A stretch of DNA of 64,000 nt, from assembly GCA_026414995.1 (NCBI GenBank), contig JAOAHY010000004.1, positions 12,485-76,484 of the forward strand, given 5' to 3'. The notes beneath the pieces are model-generated. The model did no database searches. It had not been told where the DNA came from and saw only the letters and a list, made by a program, of their open reading frames with translations. Made by a program: the position numbers and the translations under genes. This DNA is from Caldisericia bacterium (GTDB taxonomy: Bacteria; Caldisericota; Caldisericia; B22-G15). Shown piece by piece: positions 39,060 to 50,104 of the stretch (the first letter of the stretch is position 1; the number at the start of each line of letters is the position of its first letter).

Positions 39060-40791
39060 AACTGATTATTGTGGAGAAGTTACAGAAGAAAAATTAGGAA
39101 AAGAGGTCATTTTATGTGGATGGGTTAAAACAATTAGAGATTTAGGAAGTTTAATATTTATTGAATTAAGAGATAGAACTGGCTATATTCAAATAGTTAT
39201 AGATTATAAAAATAAAGAAAATTTTGAAAAAGCAAAAAAGTTAGGAAATGAATATGTATTAAAAGTTAAAGGAATAGTTAGAGAGAGACCAAAAGAAAAT
39301 ATAAACGAAAAAATAAAAACTGGAAAAATTGAAGTTTTGTGTAATGAAATAGAAATTATTAATGAGTCTCTTCCGCTACCATTTGATCTTGAATCAAGAG
39401 AAGAGATAAATGAATTATTAAGATTAAAATATAGATTCTTAGATTTTAGAAGAGAAGAGATGAAAAATAATTTATATATTAGATTTAAAACTACAACATT
39501 AATAAGAAATTTTTTAAATGAAGAAGGATTTTGGGAAATTGAAACTCCAATTCTTACAAAAAGCACTCCTGAAGGCGCAAGAGATTTCCTAGTTCCATCA
39601 AGAATAAATCCTGGTAAATTTTATGCTTTACCACAATCTCCACAATTGTTTAAGCAAATTTTAATGATTTCTGGAATTGATAAATACTATCAAATTGCAA
39701 GGTGTTTTAGAGATGAAGATTTAAGAGCTGATAGACAATTAGAATTTACACAAGTTGATATAGAAATGTCATTCATAGATGAAAATGACATAATGAATTT
39801 AATTGATAGATTATTTAAAAAGCTATTTAATGAAATTTTAAATGAAGAACTTGAAATTCCAATTCCAAAAATGAGTTTTTATGATGCACTGAATAATTAT
39901 GGAAGTGATAAACCAGATTTAAGGTTTGATTTGAAAATTGAAGATTTTACTGATGTTTTTATAAAATCAGAATTTAAAATAATAAGAGATGGAATACAAA
40001 AGGGAGATAAAGTTAAGGGTCTAATATTAAAAGAAAGAATTATCTCAAGAAAAGAAAAAGATGAGATTGAAAATATAGTTAAGGAGTCTGGTCTTAATGG
40101 TGTTATATTTTTTAATATTGATAAAAAGATAAGTTCTTCATTAAATAATTATATAAGTGAAGAAGAAATTAACAATTTAAAAGAAAAGATAAATAAAAAT
40201 GATACCTTACTTTTATTTATTGGAGAGGGTGAAGAATTTTTAACAAATCTTGGTAAAGTAAGGCTTTCTTTAGGAAATAGATATAATTTTATAAATAAAA
40301 AAATTCATAAACTTTTATGGGTTATAAATTTTCCTTTATTTGAGTGGAATAAGGAAGAAAATAGATGGGATTCAAGACATCACCCATTTACATCACCTAA
40401 ACCAGAGCATATTGATTTATTAGATACTGATCCATCAAAAGTTTTAGCAAGAGCATATGATTTTGTTATGGATGGTTTTGAAATAGGAGGAGGAAGCATA
40501 AGAATTCATAATATTGAACTTCAAAAGAAAATTTTCAAACTTCTTGGTTATTCTGAAAAAGAAGTTGAAGCAAGATTTGATTTCTTTATTAATGCATTAA
40601 AGTATGGAGCACCTATTCATGGTGGAATTGCACTAGGTCTTGATAGAATTGTTATGCTTTTTGTAAATGGTAATAGTCTAAGAGATGTAATTCCTTTCCC
40701 AAAAACACAAAAAGGAACATGTCTTCTTACAAATGCACCATCTGAAGTAAGTGAAAAGCAACTAAAAGAGTTAAAAATAAAAATTGAATAG
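39052..40791 (+). CDS. aspS: Aspartate--tRNA ligase
   Basis: RT.YCG, TPEGARDF, PQSPQLFKQ, FRDEDLRADRQ, HHPFT and GGIALGLDR motifs. RDLG rather than RDHG suggests the discriminating type. Confidence 0.97.
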   Translation: MLRTDYCGEVTEEKLGKEVILCGWVKTIRDLGSLIFIELRDRTGYIQIVIDYKNKENFEKAKKLGNEYVLKVKGIVRERPKENINEKIKTGKIEVLCNEIEIINESLPLPFDLESREEINELLRLKYRFLDFRREEMKNNLYIRFKTTTLIRNFLNEEGFWEIETPILTKSTPEGARDFLVPSRINPGKFYALPQSPQLFKQILMISGIDKYYQIARCFRDEDLRADRQLEFTQVDIEMSFIDENDIMNLIDRLFKKLFNEILNEELEIPIPKMSFYDALNNYGSDKPDLRFDLKIEDFTDVFIKSEFKIIRDGIQKGDKVKGLILKERIISRKEKDEIENIVKESGLNGVIFFNIDKKISSSLNNYISEEEINNLKEKINKNDTLLLFIGEGEEFLTNLGKVRLSLGNRYNFINKKIHKLLWVINFPLFEWNKEENRWDSRHHPFTSPKPEHIDLLDTDPSKVLARAYDFVMDGFEIGGGSIRIHNIELQKKIFKLLGYSEKEVEARFDFFINALKYGAPIHGGIALGLDRIVMLFVNGNSLRDVIPFPKTQKGTCLLTNAPSEVSEKQLKELKIKIE

Positions 40792-40812
40792 TAAAATTGT
40801 TATAATTAAATT

Positions 40813-43398
40813 GTGAACTTAATTGTTACACATTCAACAGCAGATTTTGATGCTCTTGCATCGCTTGTTTTAGCAGGGAAAATTTTCCCTAATTCAATTT
40901 GTCTTATACCATCATTTTCTTCATCTGTATACTCATTTTTTTCTCTATATGGGAATCTTTTTGAAAATTTAAAAAATTTAAAAGATATAGATTTAACTAA
41001 AATCGATAGAATAATTATGGTTGATACTCAATATCCTGAAAGAGTTCCAGGTTTAACTGATTTTATTTTGAATCATAAAAATGTATTAATAATTGATCAC
41101 CATTATCCAGATGAGGAAGTTAAAATAAATGCAAAAAGGATAACAAAAGAAGTTGGTGCAACAACATCAATTTTAATACATATGCTAAAAAATAAAAAAT
41201 CAATTGACATAAAATCTATTGAAGCCACACTTTTTGCTTTGGGAATATATGAAGATACTGGAAATCTTTTATTTATTACAACGAAACAATATGATATTGA
41301 AGCATTATCTTATATTTTTAAATATGATGTTGATTTAAAAATAGTTTCAAAATATCTTATCACATATTTAACAGAACAACAAAAAATAATTTTTGAAAAA
41401 ATTCTTGCTAACTTAAAAATTGAAGAAATAAATGGTTATAAAATCGGAATATCAAAAGTTAAAATTTCAGAATATGCTGAAGGAGTTGGATTTCTTGTTC
41501 ACAAAGTATTAGAACTTCTTGAGCTAGATGCTGTATTTTCAATATTAATAATGGATAAAAAAACTGTAATCATAGGAAGAAGTAGAAGTGAAGATGTAAA
41601 TGTTAAAAAAATTCTTGATTATTTTGGAGGAGCTGGACACAAAACAGCAGCTTCTGCAAATTTTAATACAATTAAAAACTCAAGAATTTATGATAAGTTG
41701 ATAAAAGTAATAAAGGATAATGTAAAAATAAAAATTCTTGCAAAAGATATAATGAGTTCACCTGTTAAAACTATAGATGAGGAAGCCACTCTTGAAGAGG
41801 CAAGAAATTTAATGCTTAGATACAATTACTCAGGATTGCCTGTTGTTAAAAATGGAAAAATTATAGGTATTATTACAAGAAGTGAAATATCAAAAGTAGA
41901 GCTTTTGGGTTTGACAAATTTAAAAGTCAAAGATTTTATGATTGAGAAATACTATTTTGTATCACCTGATTCACCAATTGATGAAGTTGAAAAAATAATG
42001 GTTGAAAGGAATATTGGAAGGGTTCCAGTTGTTGTAAAAGGAAGGGTTGTTGGTATTATAACAAGAAGTGATATATTAAGAGGTCTTTATTTAAAAAGTG
42101 AAGAGATTTTCTCGCCATTAGAACAAGAAAAAGTTATTAAATTAATTAATAAAATAATTTGTAAAAAGACTATAAAATTACTCAAAAAATTAGGAACACT
42201 TTCTGATAAATTAAATATGAGAAGTTATGTTGTTGGTGGGTTTGTAAGAGATTTATTTTTAAATAAGGAAACAAAAGATATAGATATAGTTGTCGAAGGA
42301 GACTCAATTTTGCTTGCACAAGAAATAAAAAAAGAAATGGATGTAAACATTCATATTTATCCAGATTTTAAGACTTGTACAATAAATTATCCAGACGGAT
42401 TAAGAATAGATATTGCTTCTTCAAGAAGAGAATTTTATAAAGAACCAGCATCACTTCCAAGAGTTGAAATAAGTCATAGTTTAAGAGAAGATCTTTTAAG
42501 AAGAGATTTTACAATAAACACACTTGCGATTTCTATTAATAAAAATTCCTTTGGAAAATTAATTGACCTTCTTGGAGGTTATAAAGATTTAAAAGATAAA
42601 AAAATTAGAGTTTTACATAAATTGAGTTTTATAGATGATCCATCAAGAATTATGAGAGCTATAAGATACTCATCAAAATTAAAATTTAAAATTGAAAAAG
42701 AAACAAAAAATTTAATTATAAGTACAATTAAAACAGGTCTTTTTACAGATGCAAGAAATACAAGAATTAAAGAAGAGTTATTTATGATTCTAAATGATAA
42801 AGATACTGCAATTAGTGGTCTAAAACTTATGAAAAAATTAGGAGCACTTAAAATGATACATAGGAAATTAGAACTTAAAAAAGAGACTTTAAATTTAATT
42901 GAAAAAAGCCAAAGATTAATAGATGAACTTATTAAAAGAGGAGAGGTAATTAAAAGAGATGAGATAAACTTTTTCCTTTTAATTACTGAATTAAGTAATT
43001 TTAATAGGAAAGAAATGATTGAAAGATGGAATTTGAAAAAAGATTTTATAAAAGATGAAAATTATTATCTTGAAATAATAGAGAATCTTAAAAATGTAAA
43101 TAAAAACTATGATATTTATAACACACTAAAAAATCTTTCAATTTATGAATTGATTTATTTGTCTAATTTTAAAGAAACTGAAGATAAAGTTAAAAAGTAT
43201 TTATTTGAGTTAAAAAATTTAAAATTAAGAATAACAGGAAAAGATTTAATAAAATTGGGTTTTAAACCTTCAGTTGAATTTAGAGAAATATTTGAAACAT
43301 TAAAAAAAGAACTTCTTGAAGGTAATATAAAAACTTATGAAGATGAAATAAATTTTGCTAAGAAATTATACGAAATGAAAGGAGAAAAAGTATGTTAA
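40813..43398 (+). CDS. cca: tRNA nucleotidyltransferase (CCA- or A-adding) with N-terminal DHH/DHHA1 and CBS pair
   Basis: H..ADFD, DHH, EDTG and GGAGH motifs; two CBS repeats; VGGFVRD..L...DID, DLLRRDFTIN, DDPSRI.RA.R. Confidence 0.9.
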   Translation: MNLIVTHSTADFDALASLVLAGKIFPNSICLIPSFSSSVYSFFSLYGNLFENLKNLKDIDLTKIDRIIMVDTQYPERVPGLTDFILNHKNVLIIDHHYPDEEVKINAKRITKEVGATTSILIHMLKNKKSIDIKSIEATLFALGIYEDTGNLLFITTKQYDIEALSYIFKYDVDLKIVSKYLITYLTEQQKIIFEKILANLKIEEINGYKIGISKVKISEYAEGVGFLVHKVLELLELDAVFSILIMDKKTVIIGRSRSEDVNVKKILDYFGGAGHKTAASANFNTIKNSRIYDKLIKVIKDNVKIKILAKDIMSSPVKTIDEEATLEEARNLMLRYNYSGLPVVKNGKIIGIITRSEISKVELLGLTNLKVKDFMIEKYYFVSPDSPIDEVEKIMVERNIGRVPVVVKGRVVGIITRSDILRGLYLKSEEIFSPLEQEKVIKLINKIICKKTIKLLKKLGTLSDKLNMRSYVVGGFVRDLFLNKETKDIDIVVEGDSILLAQEIKKEMDVNIHIYPDFKTCTINYPDGLRIDIASSRREFYKEPASLPRVEISHSLREDLLRRDFTINTLAISINKNSFGKLIDLLGGYKDLKDKKIRVLHKLSFIDDPSRIMRAIRYSSKLKFKIEKETKNLIISTIKTGLFTDARNTRIKEELFMILNDKDTAISGLKLMKKLGALKMIHRKLELKKETLNLIEKSQRLIDELIKRGEVIKRDEINFFLLITELSNFNRKEMIERWNLKKDFIKDENYYLEIIENLKNVNKNYDIYNTLKNLSIYELIYLSNFKETEDKVKKYLFELKNLKLRITGKDLIKLGFKPSVEFREIFETLKKELLEGNIKTYEDEINFAKKLYEMKGEKVC

Positions 43399-44033
43399 AA
43401 AATTTAATTGAGATAATTTTCTTATTACCAAGTATAATAATAGCAATAATTTTTCATGAAGTAGCACATGGATATATAGCTTATAGACTTGGAGATGAAA
43501 CACCTAAAGAGTATGGAAGGTTAACTCTTGATCCCACAAAACATATTGATTTATTTGGAACTATTCTTCTCCCTGTTTTACTTTTGATAAGTTCTAACTT
43601 TAAAATTGCATTTGGTTGGGCAAAACCTGTTCCTATAAATTTTTACAGATTTAGAAAAATAAGAAGAGATCTTATTCTTGTTTCAATCTCTGGTCCACTT
43701 ATTAATTTTATCTTAGCAATATTGTTCGGACTCATTTTTAAATTTTTAGTTTTACCATTTCCAAGAATTGCATCTTCCTATATTTCAATTTTTGTACAAT
43801 ATAGTGTTTTAATAAATTTAATTCTTGCTATATTTAATCTAATACCAATTCCACCTCTTGATGGTTCAAGAATACTTTATAGTATAATTTTTAAGTATCC
43901 ACAAGATGCATTAAGAAATAAAAATTTAGAGATTTATGGCTCTTTAATTTTAATAGTTTTGCTATTTTTTGGAGTTATTAATAGAATATTATCACCTATT
44001 ATATCTAAACTATCTCAATTTTTATTATGGTAA
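43392..44033 (+). CDS. Site-2 protease family (M50) zinc metalloprotease
   Basis: HEVAH, GWAKPVP, GP..N and FNLIPIPPLDG motifs. Confidence 0.93.
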   Translation: MLKNLIEIIFLLPSIIIAIIFHEVAHGYIAYRLGDETPKEYGRLTLDPTKHIDLFGTILLPVLLLISSNFKIAFGWAKPVPINFYRFRKIRRDLILVSISGPLINFILAILFGLIFKFLVLPFPRIASSYISIFVQYSVLINLILAIFNLIPIPPLDGSRILYSIIFKYPQDALRNKNLEIYGSLILIVLLFFGVINRILSPIISKLSQFLLW

Positions 44034-45154
44034 ATACATTAAATTATATAAAAGAGAATAGAGCTATTTTAGTTGGATTTATTAAAAATGAACATAATGA
44101 GTTTCTTCCAGAAGAAACATTAAATGAATTAGAACTTTTAACAGAAACATTAGGTCTTAAAGTTACATATAAGGTTTTAAAAAGATTAAGAGAAATAAAT
44201 CCAAAATATTTCATGGGAAAAGGAATGTTAGAAGAAATTACTCTAATAGCAAGAAAGGAAAATGCAAGTTATTTAATATTTGATGAAACATTATCATATT
44301 CACAAATTAAAAATATTTCTGATTATACAAACCTTTTTGTTCTTGATAGACCTCATCTTATAATTGAAATATTTGAGAAAAGGGCAAAATCCAATGAAGC
44401 AAAAATTCAAGTTGAACTTGCTAGATTAAAGATGGAACTTCCAGCTATTATAGGAATTGGCAGAAGCTTAGATCAACAAATGGGAATTGTTGGAATAAGA
44501 GCAGGAAGAGGAGAAAAGTTAGTTGAACTTAAAAGAAGAGCAATAGAAAGAAGAATTAACACTTTAAACAAAGAACTTAAAAAAATAGAAAAAAGAAGAG
44601 AAATAAGAAGAAAATTAAGAGAAAAATCAGACATACCAATAGTTTCAATAGTTGGTTATACTAATTCTGGAAAGTCAACTCTCTTTAATGCACTAACAAA
44701 TGAAGAAACCTATACAGAGAATATGCTTTTTGCGACACTTGATACTCTTATTAGAAAAATGTACTTAAATAAATATGAAAAAGAATTACTTGTTGTTGAT
44801 ACAGTTGGTTTTATTCAAAAATTACCACCACTTCTTATTTCATCTTTTAAATCAACTCTCGAAGAGATAAATTATTCTGACCTAATAATTCATCTTATTG
44901 ATGCTTCACATCCTTCATATAAGAAACACATGATTTCAGTTAAAGAAATTTTAGATGAAATACTTTATAAAGAAATAAAAATAATTAATGTTTATAATAA
45001 AATAGATTTGTTAAAAGAATATCAAATAGAAAGAATAAGAAAAGAAGATGAAAGTGGAATTTTAATTTCTGCTTTAAAAAAGATAAATATCGATGAACTC
45101 AAAGATAGAATAGGATTTGAAATTTTTGAAAAATCAAATATTTTAAACTTTTAA
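44027..45154 (+). CDS. hflX: GTPase HflX
   Basis: EAKIQVELA.L, GYTNSGKS, LFATLD, DTVGFI and NKID motifs. Confidence 0.95.
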   Translation: MVNTLNYIKENRAILVGFIKNEHNEFLPEETLNELELLTETLGLKVTYKVLKRLREINPKYFMGKGMLEEITLIARKENASYLIFDETLSYSQIKNISDYTNLFVLDRPHLIIEIFEKRAKSNEAKIQVELARLKMELPAIIGIGRSLDQQMGIVGIRAGRGEKLVELKRRAIERRINTLNKELKKIEKRREIRRKLREKSDIPIVSIVGYTNSGKSTLFNALTNEETYTENMLFATLDTLIRKMYLNKYEKELLVVDTVGFIQKLPPLLISSFKSTLEEINYSDLIIHLIDASHPSYKKHMISVKEILDEILYKEIKIINVYNKIDLLKEYQIERIRKEDESGILISALKKINIDELKDRIGFEIFEKSNILNF

Positions 45155-46029
45155 TTTTTCTCTTTTGAATGAGGATGAAAATTATCGTATATTTTTTTTA
45201 AATTTTCTTTTGTTAGATGAGTATATATTTGGGTTGTTGAGAGTTTAGTATGTCCAAGAAGTTCCTGTACAACTCTTAAATCAGCTCCATTTGTTAATAA
45301 ATGAGTTGCAAAGGTATGTCTTAATGTATGTGGAGTAACCTTTTTATATGGTATAACCTTCTTTGCATATTTTTCAACAAGTAGTCTTATTCCTTTATCT
45401 GTCAGTGGTTTGCCATTTCTATTAATAAATAATACATTTGAATTTTTCTTTCTTTTATTAAGATATACTTTAATCATATCCTTCAATTCTTCAGTTAAAA
45501 ATATAACTCTATCTTTTTTACCTTTTCCAGTAATAATAACTTCACCTTTTTCTAAATTGAGTTGTGAAACTTTTAAACTAACAATTTCAGAAACTCTCAT
45601 ACCTGTAGAGTATAAAAAAATTAAAATTAATTTATCTCTAAAACCTATTAATGTTTTATCATTCGGATAATTTATCAATTTAACAACCTCTTCTTCTGTT
45701 AAAAATGTTGGGAGTTTTTTATCTATTTTTGGAAGTTCAAGCGAAATTATTGGATTTTTGTCTATAACTCCGTCTTTTAAAAGGAATTTATAAAAACTTC
45801 TTATTGATGATATCTTTCTTGAGATTGATCTTTTATCTAATCCTTTTTCTCTTAATTCTATTAAAAAACCTCTTAATGAATTTCTAGAGATGTTTTTATA
45901 ATCTAATTCGTTCTTTTTAACATATTCATAATAATCAAGTAAATCTCTTTTATATGCCCTTAATGTGTGTTTCGATGAATTTTTTAGTTTTTCCATATAA
46001 ATGAGAAAATCAGATATTTTTTCTTTCAA
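45151..46029 (-). CDS. xerC: Tyrosine recombinase XerC/XerD
   Basis: YSTGMRVSE, GKG.K.R, HTLRHTFATHLL.NGADLR.VQELLGH..LSTTQIYT. Confidence 0.85.
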   Translation of the reverse strand: MKEKISDFLIYMEKLKNSSKHTLRAYKRDLLDYYEYVKKNELDYKNISRNSLRGFLIELREKGLDKRSISRKISSIRSFYKFLLKDGVIDKNPIISLELPKIDKKLPTFLTEEEVVKLINYPNDKTLIGFRDKLILIFLYSTGMRVSEIVSLKVSQLNLEKGEVIITGKGKKDRVIFLTEELKDMIKVYLNKRKKNSNVLFINRNGKPLTDKGIRLLVEKYAKKVIPYKKVTPHTLRHTFATHLLTNGADLRVVQELLGHTKLSTTQIYTHLTKENLKKIYDNFHPHSKEKN

Positions 46030-46630
46030 AATTAACCTCCAAAAAATAAAAGAAGAAAAAGAGAGTTAATAAAGTTATTATAGTTAGATAAATAATTCTA
46101 GTAAATGATCTGATAAAAAATTCAATAGGTAACAAAACAATTAGTCTATCTTTTTCAGGATCTAATAACCATAAGTCATTTTTAAAAAATATTTTGTGAA
46201 AAATTGTGAATGATTGATCAAATGAAAATATAAAAACAATTAAAATAAATATAATAATTGGGATTAATGAATAAATAAAAATATATGGTAAATCTTCTTT
46301 TTTAATTAATAATATAATTAAAAATGAAAAAACAATAGATGAAATGATAGTATATTTAAATATATTTTTAACATCTTCCATATGAAGTAACTCCTTCTCG
46401 TTGAAAAAATTTTTAAAACCTGGTATATCAAGATTATTTCTCTTTCCCATTAAATATTCTGGTATCACTTGTGCAGCATATCTTATATATTTAGGATCAA
46501 TATTTAAAGTAGCTTCTGGTTTAATTCTTTGAAATTCAAGCATATAATAGTTTTTTGAGAAAGCAATTGATAAAGTAAAAAGAAGTAATAAAGTTATTGG
46601 AATTAATATTATTAAAATTATTTTTCTCAC
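46010..46630 (-). CDS. Integral membrane protein, DUF1461/TIGR01906-like
   Basis: E..HM.DVK..F and F..FH.IFF.ND.W.LDP..D.LI...P..FF motifs. Confidence 0.8.
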   Translation of the reverse strand: MRKIILIILIPITLLLLFTLSIAFSKNYYMLEFQRIKPEATLNIDPKYIRYAAQVIPEYLMGKRNNLDIPGFKNFFNEKELLHMEDVKNIFKYTIISSIVFSFLIILLIKKEDLPYIFIYSLIPIIIFILIVFIFSFDQSFTIFHKIFFKNDLWLLDPEKDRLIVLLPIEFFIRSFTRIIYLTIITLLTLFFFFYFLEVNFERKNI

Positions 46631-46842
46631 TTTCTAAAAATTAAATTTAAAATTATTGTTAATATTAAAGATAGTAATATCATTGAAACTATTGGTATAT
46701 AAATTGTTAAATTCTTTTTTCTTATAACTATATCACCTGGTAGTTTAAATAAAGGTAATTTATCGCTAAAATAAGAAAGAATACCTATTAAAAGAATAAT
46801 TATTCCAAAAATTATCAAAATTCTTGAAAATTCCTTTATCAT
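46627..46842 (-). CDS. DUF2905 family small membrane protein
   Basis: LPGDI......YIPI.S..LLS..LT motif. Confidence 0.85.
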   Translation of the reverse strand: MIKEFSRILIIFGIIILLIGILSYFSDKLPLFKLPGDIVIRKKNLTIYIPIVSMILLSLILTIILNLIFRK

Positions 46843-47369
46843 CCTCCACCTCCAAATCTTTCTATTTCAGAAAATATACATCCACAATACTTCTGTCTAT
46901 ATAAATTATAATCCTTTGATAGTTTAACCCCATCGAAATATTTATCTCTTAAGTCAAAATATATGAAATTTAATTTGTAATTATTTGCTATAATTTCACC
47001 TATGCTTTTTATTGATTCATGTTTTTGATATGGTGAATAAAGCATAGTTGTTGTAAAATTCATAATATTTAATTCTATTGCTATAATTGCTGTTTGGTTT
47101 AATCTTAACTGATAACAAAATAGGCATCTATCATTTAAATTTTTTGTAACATTTATAAAATAATCTTTATATTCATATTTTCCAATTATATAATTTATAT
47201 TTTGATTTTTAGAAAAAATTTTAAATGCATTTAACCTTTCAAGGTATTCTTTATATGGATGTATATTTGGATTATAAAAGAATAGGGTTAAATCATAATT
47301 TTTTTTAAAATTTTCAATAACAAGAATAGAGCATGGAGCGCAACATGTATGTATTAGTAGTTTCTCCAT
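46839..47369 (-). CDS. queH: Epoxyqueuosine reductase QueH (DUF208)
   Basis: HTCCAPC, YNPNIHP..EY..R, RC..C...RL and YRQ.YCGC.FS motifs. Confidence 0.92.
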   Translation of the reverse strand: MEKLLIHTCCAPCSILVIENFKKNYDLTLFFYNPNIHPYKEYLERLNAFKIFSKNQNINYIIGKYEYKDYFINVTKNLNDRCLFCYQLRLNQTAIIAIELNIMNFTTTMLYSPYQKHESIKSIGEIIANNYKLNFIYFDLRDKYFDGVKLSKDYNLYRQKYCGCIFSEIERFGGGG

Positions 47370-48340
47370 TAAAATATAGTCCTTTTTTTAATATCTAAAT
47401 ATTTATAAGCATTCTCAGTTGCAACTCTACCTCTTGGTGTTCTTTCAATAAAATTTATTTGAAGTAGATATGGTTCATAAATATCTTCTATTGTATCTTT
47501 GTCTTCATTTAAAATTGCACAAAGAGTTTCAATACCAGTTGGACCACCATTAAATTTTTCAATTAGAGTTTTAACTAGTTTTCTATCTTGAGGTGTTAAT
47601 CCAAACTCATCTATACCAAGTGAGTTGAAAGTTTCAATTAAAATATTTTTATCTATTATGCCTTTATTTTTTATCTCTGAGAAATCTCTTACTCTTTTTA
47701 AAATCCTAATTGCAACCCTTGGAGTTCCTCTAGACCTTTTTGCTATTTCAATTGCATCTTCTTCCTTTATATCTAATTTCAAATATTTTGCTGCTCTAAA
47801 AATTATTTTTACTAAAGAATCTATAGAATAAAAATCAAGTTTTAGAACTATTCCAAATCTTTCTCTTAAAGGTGAGGTCAACATTCCAGCTCTTGTTGTT
47901 GAACCAATTAATGTGAATGGTTCTAAATTTATAGTTAAAGTTTTTGCTGATGGACCTTTTCCATAAACAATATGAAGTTTATAATCTTCCATAGCTGGAT
48001 AAAGTGTTTCTTCAACTGGATGAGGAATTCTATGAATTTCATCAATAAAAAAAATTGAACCCTTTTTTAATGATGTTAAGATTGCTGCAATATCTCCTGG
48101 TTTTTCTAATGAAGGTCCTGTTACCTGCTTTAATTCTCTATTCATTTCTTTTGCTATTACATATGCAAGAGTTGTTTTACCTATTCCTGGTGGTCCATAT
48201 AATAAAATATGATCTATAGGTTCTCCTCTTTTTTTAGCAGCGTCTAGAAAAACTTTTAAATTATTTTTAACTCTTTCTTGTCCAATATAATCTTCAAGAG
48301 ATTCTGGTCTTAAATTAAAATCTTTAAACTCTTCACTCAT
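47369..48340 (-). CDS. ruvB: Holliday junction branch migration helicase RuvB
   Basis: LRP..L.DYIGQ, GPPGIGKTT, DEIHR, RGTPR.A and EPYL motifs. Confidence 0.97.
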   Translation of the reverse strand: MSEEFKDFNLRPESLEDYIGQERVKNNLKVFLDAAKKRGEPIDHILLYGPPGIGKTTLAYVIAKEMNRELKQVTGPSLEKPGDIAAILTSLKKGSIFFIDEIHRIPHPVEETLYPAMEDYKLHIVYGKGPSAKTLTINLEPFTLIGSTTRAGMLTSPLRERFGIVLKLDFYSIDSLVKIIFRAAKYLKLDIKEEDAIEIAKRSRGTPRVAIRILKRVRDFSEIKNKGIIDKNILIETFNSLGIDEFGLTPQDRKLVKTLIEKFNGGPTGIETLCAILNEDKDTIEDIYEPYLLQINFIERTPRGRVATENAYKYLDIKKRTIF

Positions 48341-48872
48341 TCTTTATCACCTTTAAAATTTCTTTTACATATTCTTCAAGAGATATTTTATCATACCCTT
48401 TTACCTTTCTTATTGCATCAACAACCTCTTCTTTTTCAAAACCAAGTGAAAGTAAAATTCTAACTGCATCAAGTGTCTTTTTATCTTTTATCTTTAATTC
48501 TTTCTCTTCTTCACTTAAAAATTTACAAATTTCTTCAAGTATTTTTTTTCTTACTCCTTTTACAAGAAGTGGCTCTCCATTTCTTATTCTTTCATAAATT
48601 TCGTTTAAATTATAATATTTAAAAATTTGTATTACAGATTTTGGTCCAACCTGTGGAATTTTTATTAATTTTTCGAATAATTCTACTTCATCAAAAGTTA
48701 AAAATCCATACAAATTTAAATCTTTTTCAGAAACAATTAGTGATGTAAAAATTTCATTTTTAATTCTATCTGGGTATGGAACAAAGATTTTAAAGCCAAT
48801 TCCACTTTTTGTTAAAAATATAATAAAGTCTTCTTTCTTTATTAAAACTTCACCACTAAGATATGATATCAC
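48333..48872 (-). CDS. ruvA: Holliday junction branch migration protein RuvA
   Basis: MISYL.G, LYGF, VGPK and AV..L.SLGF motifs; between ruvC and ruvB. Confidence 0.9.
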   Translation of the reverse strand: MISYLSGEVLIKKEDFIIFLTKSGIGFKIFVPYPDRIKNEIFTSLIVSEKDLNLYGFLTFDEVELFEKLIKIPQVGPKSVIQIFKYYNLNEIYERIRNGEPLLVKGVRKKILEEICKFLSEEEKELKIKDKKTLDAVRILLSLGFEKEEVVDAIRKVKGYDKISLEEYVKEILKVIKNE

Positions 48873-49344
48873 TTTTTTCTCTTATTGACTTTATATTAAT
48901 AAAAGAAGTAGCAAGTGCTATTGCATCAACTGTATCATCTTCTTTAATTTCTTTTTTATATAAAATTTTAACCATTTTTTTCATGTTATTTTTATTAGAA
49001 CCACCAAAACCTGTGAAATGTAATTTTACATTACTTGGATTTAATTCATAAATTTTAGAATTAAATTCTTTTGCAATTAATAAAATAACCCCTTTTACTT
49101 CTCCTATTTTAATCGCTGTTTTTATATTTTTTTTAAAATAGATATTCTCAATTATTGTGTAATCAGGTGAATAATTTTTATATATTTTCTTTAAATTTTC
49201 ATATATTAATAATAATCTTTCCTCTTCTTTTAAATTTTTATCAGTTTTAATTAACCCAAAATCAACAAGTTCTGGAGGATCTTTGTCCTCAATAATTGCC
49301 CATCCAAGATTTGAAAGACCAGGATCAATTCCCAAAACATACAT
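48856..49344 (-). CDS. ruvC: Crossover junction endodeoxyribonuclease RuvC
   Basis: LGIDPG, IE, VK...TG.G and DD..DAIALA motifs. Confidence 0.95.
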   Translation of the reverse strand: MYVLGIDPGLSNLGWAIIEDKDPPELVDFGLIKTDKNLKEEERLLLIYENLKKIYKNYSPDYTIIENIYFKKNIKTAIKIGEVKGVILLIAKEFNSKIYELNPSNVKLHFTGFGGSNKNNMKKMVKILYKKEIKEDDTVDAIALATSFINIKSIREKSDIIS

Positions 49345-50102
49345 TATTTAAGTGTAAGTGCTATTCTTTCCATTTCTTCATCTGATATATCAAAATTAGC
49401 ATAAACTTTTTGGACATCATCATGATCTTCAAGTTCATTTATTAATTTTAAAAGTTGCTCTGCTTTATCTCCTTCAATTTTTACACTATTTTTTGGGATC
49501 ATTGTAAAATCAGATGATAAAACCTTTATTCGATTTTCTTCAAGTTTTATCTTTATTTTAAATAAATCTTGGGGAGATGTATAAATATAAACATCCTCAC
49601 CATCTCTTTTAACATCTTCTGCGCCTAACTCTGCTGCTAGAAGTAGAAGTTCATCATCTGAAAGAGGTTTTGGATCAACCTTTATTTCTCCTTTTCTTTC
49701 AAACATCCAAGAAACACAACCACTTTCTCCTAAACTTCCGCCATGTTCATTAAAAATTTTTCTTATTTCTGCTGTTGTTCTGTTTCTATTATCTGTTGAA
49801 GCTTCAATATAAATTGCAACACTTCCTGGACCATATCCTTCATATGTTATTTCTTCGTATTTTTCTCCTTCTATCTCTCCTGTTCCTCTCTGAATAGCCT
49901 TTTTAATATTATCAGATGGCATATTTGCTTCTCTTGCTCTTTCTATTGCAAGTCTTAATCTTGGGTTTGTTTCAGGATCTCCTCCACCTTGTCTTGCCGC
50001 AATTGTTATTTCTCTTATTAGTTTAGAAAATATTTTTCCTCTCTTTTTATCTTCAGCAGTTTTTTTAGCTGCTATATTATGCCACTTTGAATGTCCAGAC
50101 AT
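49344..50102 (-). CDS. yebC: YebC/PmpR family protein
   Basis: MSGHSKW, NPRLR, YEGYGPG, TDNRNRT and DDVQ.VY.N motifs. Confidence 0.96.
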   Translation of the reverse strand: MSGHSKWHNIAAKKTAEDKKRGKIFSKLIREITIAARQGGGDPETNPRLRLAIERAREANMPSDNIKKAIQRGTGEIEGEKYEEITYEGYGPGSVAIYIEASTDNRNRTTAEIRKIFNEHGGSLGESGCVSWMFERKGEIKVDPKPLSDDELLLLAAELGAEDVKRDGEDVYIYTSPQDLFKIKIKLEENRIKVLSSDFTMIPKNSVKIEGDKAEQLLKLINELEDHDDVQKVYANFDISDEEMERIALTLK

Positions 50103-50104
50103 AT

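Noticed and set aside
45151-46029. Tyrosine recombinase as a phage or island integrase
   Set aside because: Canonical XerC/D sequence embedded in a housekeeping run (ruv, queH); no att repeats, cargo or adjacent tRNA.
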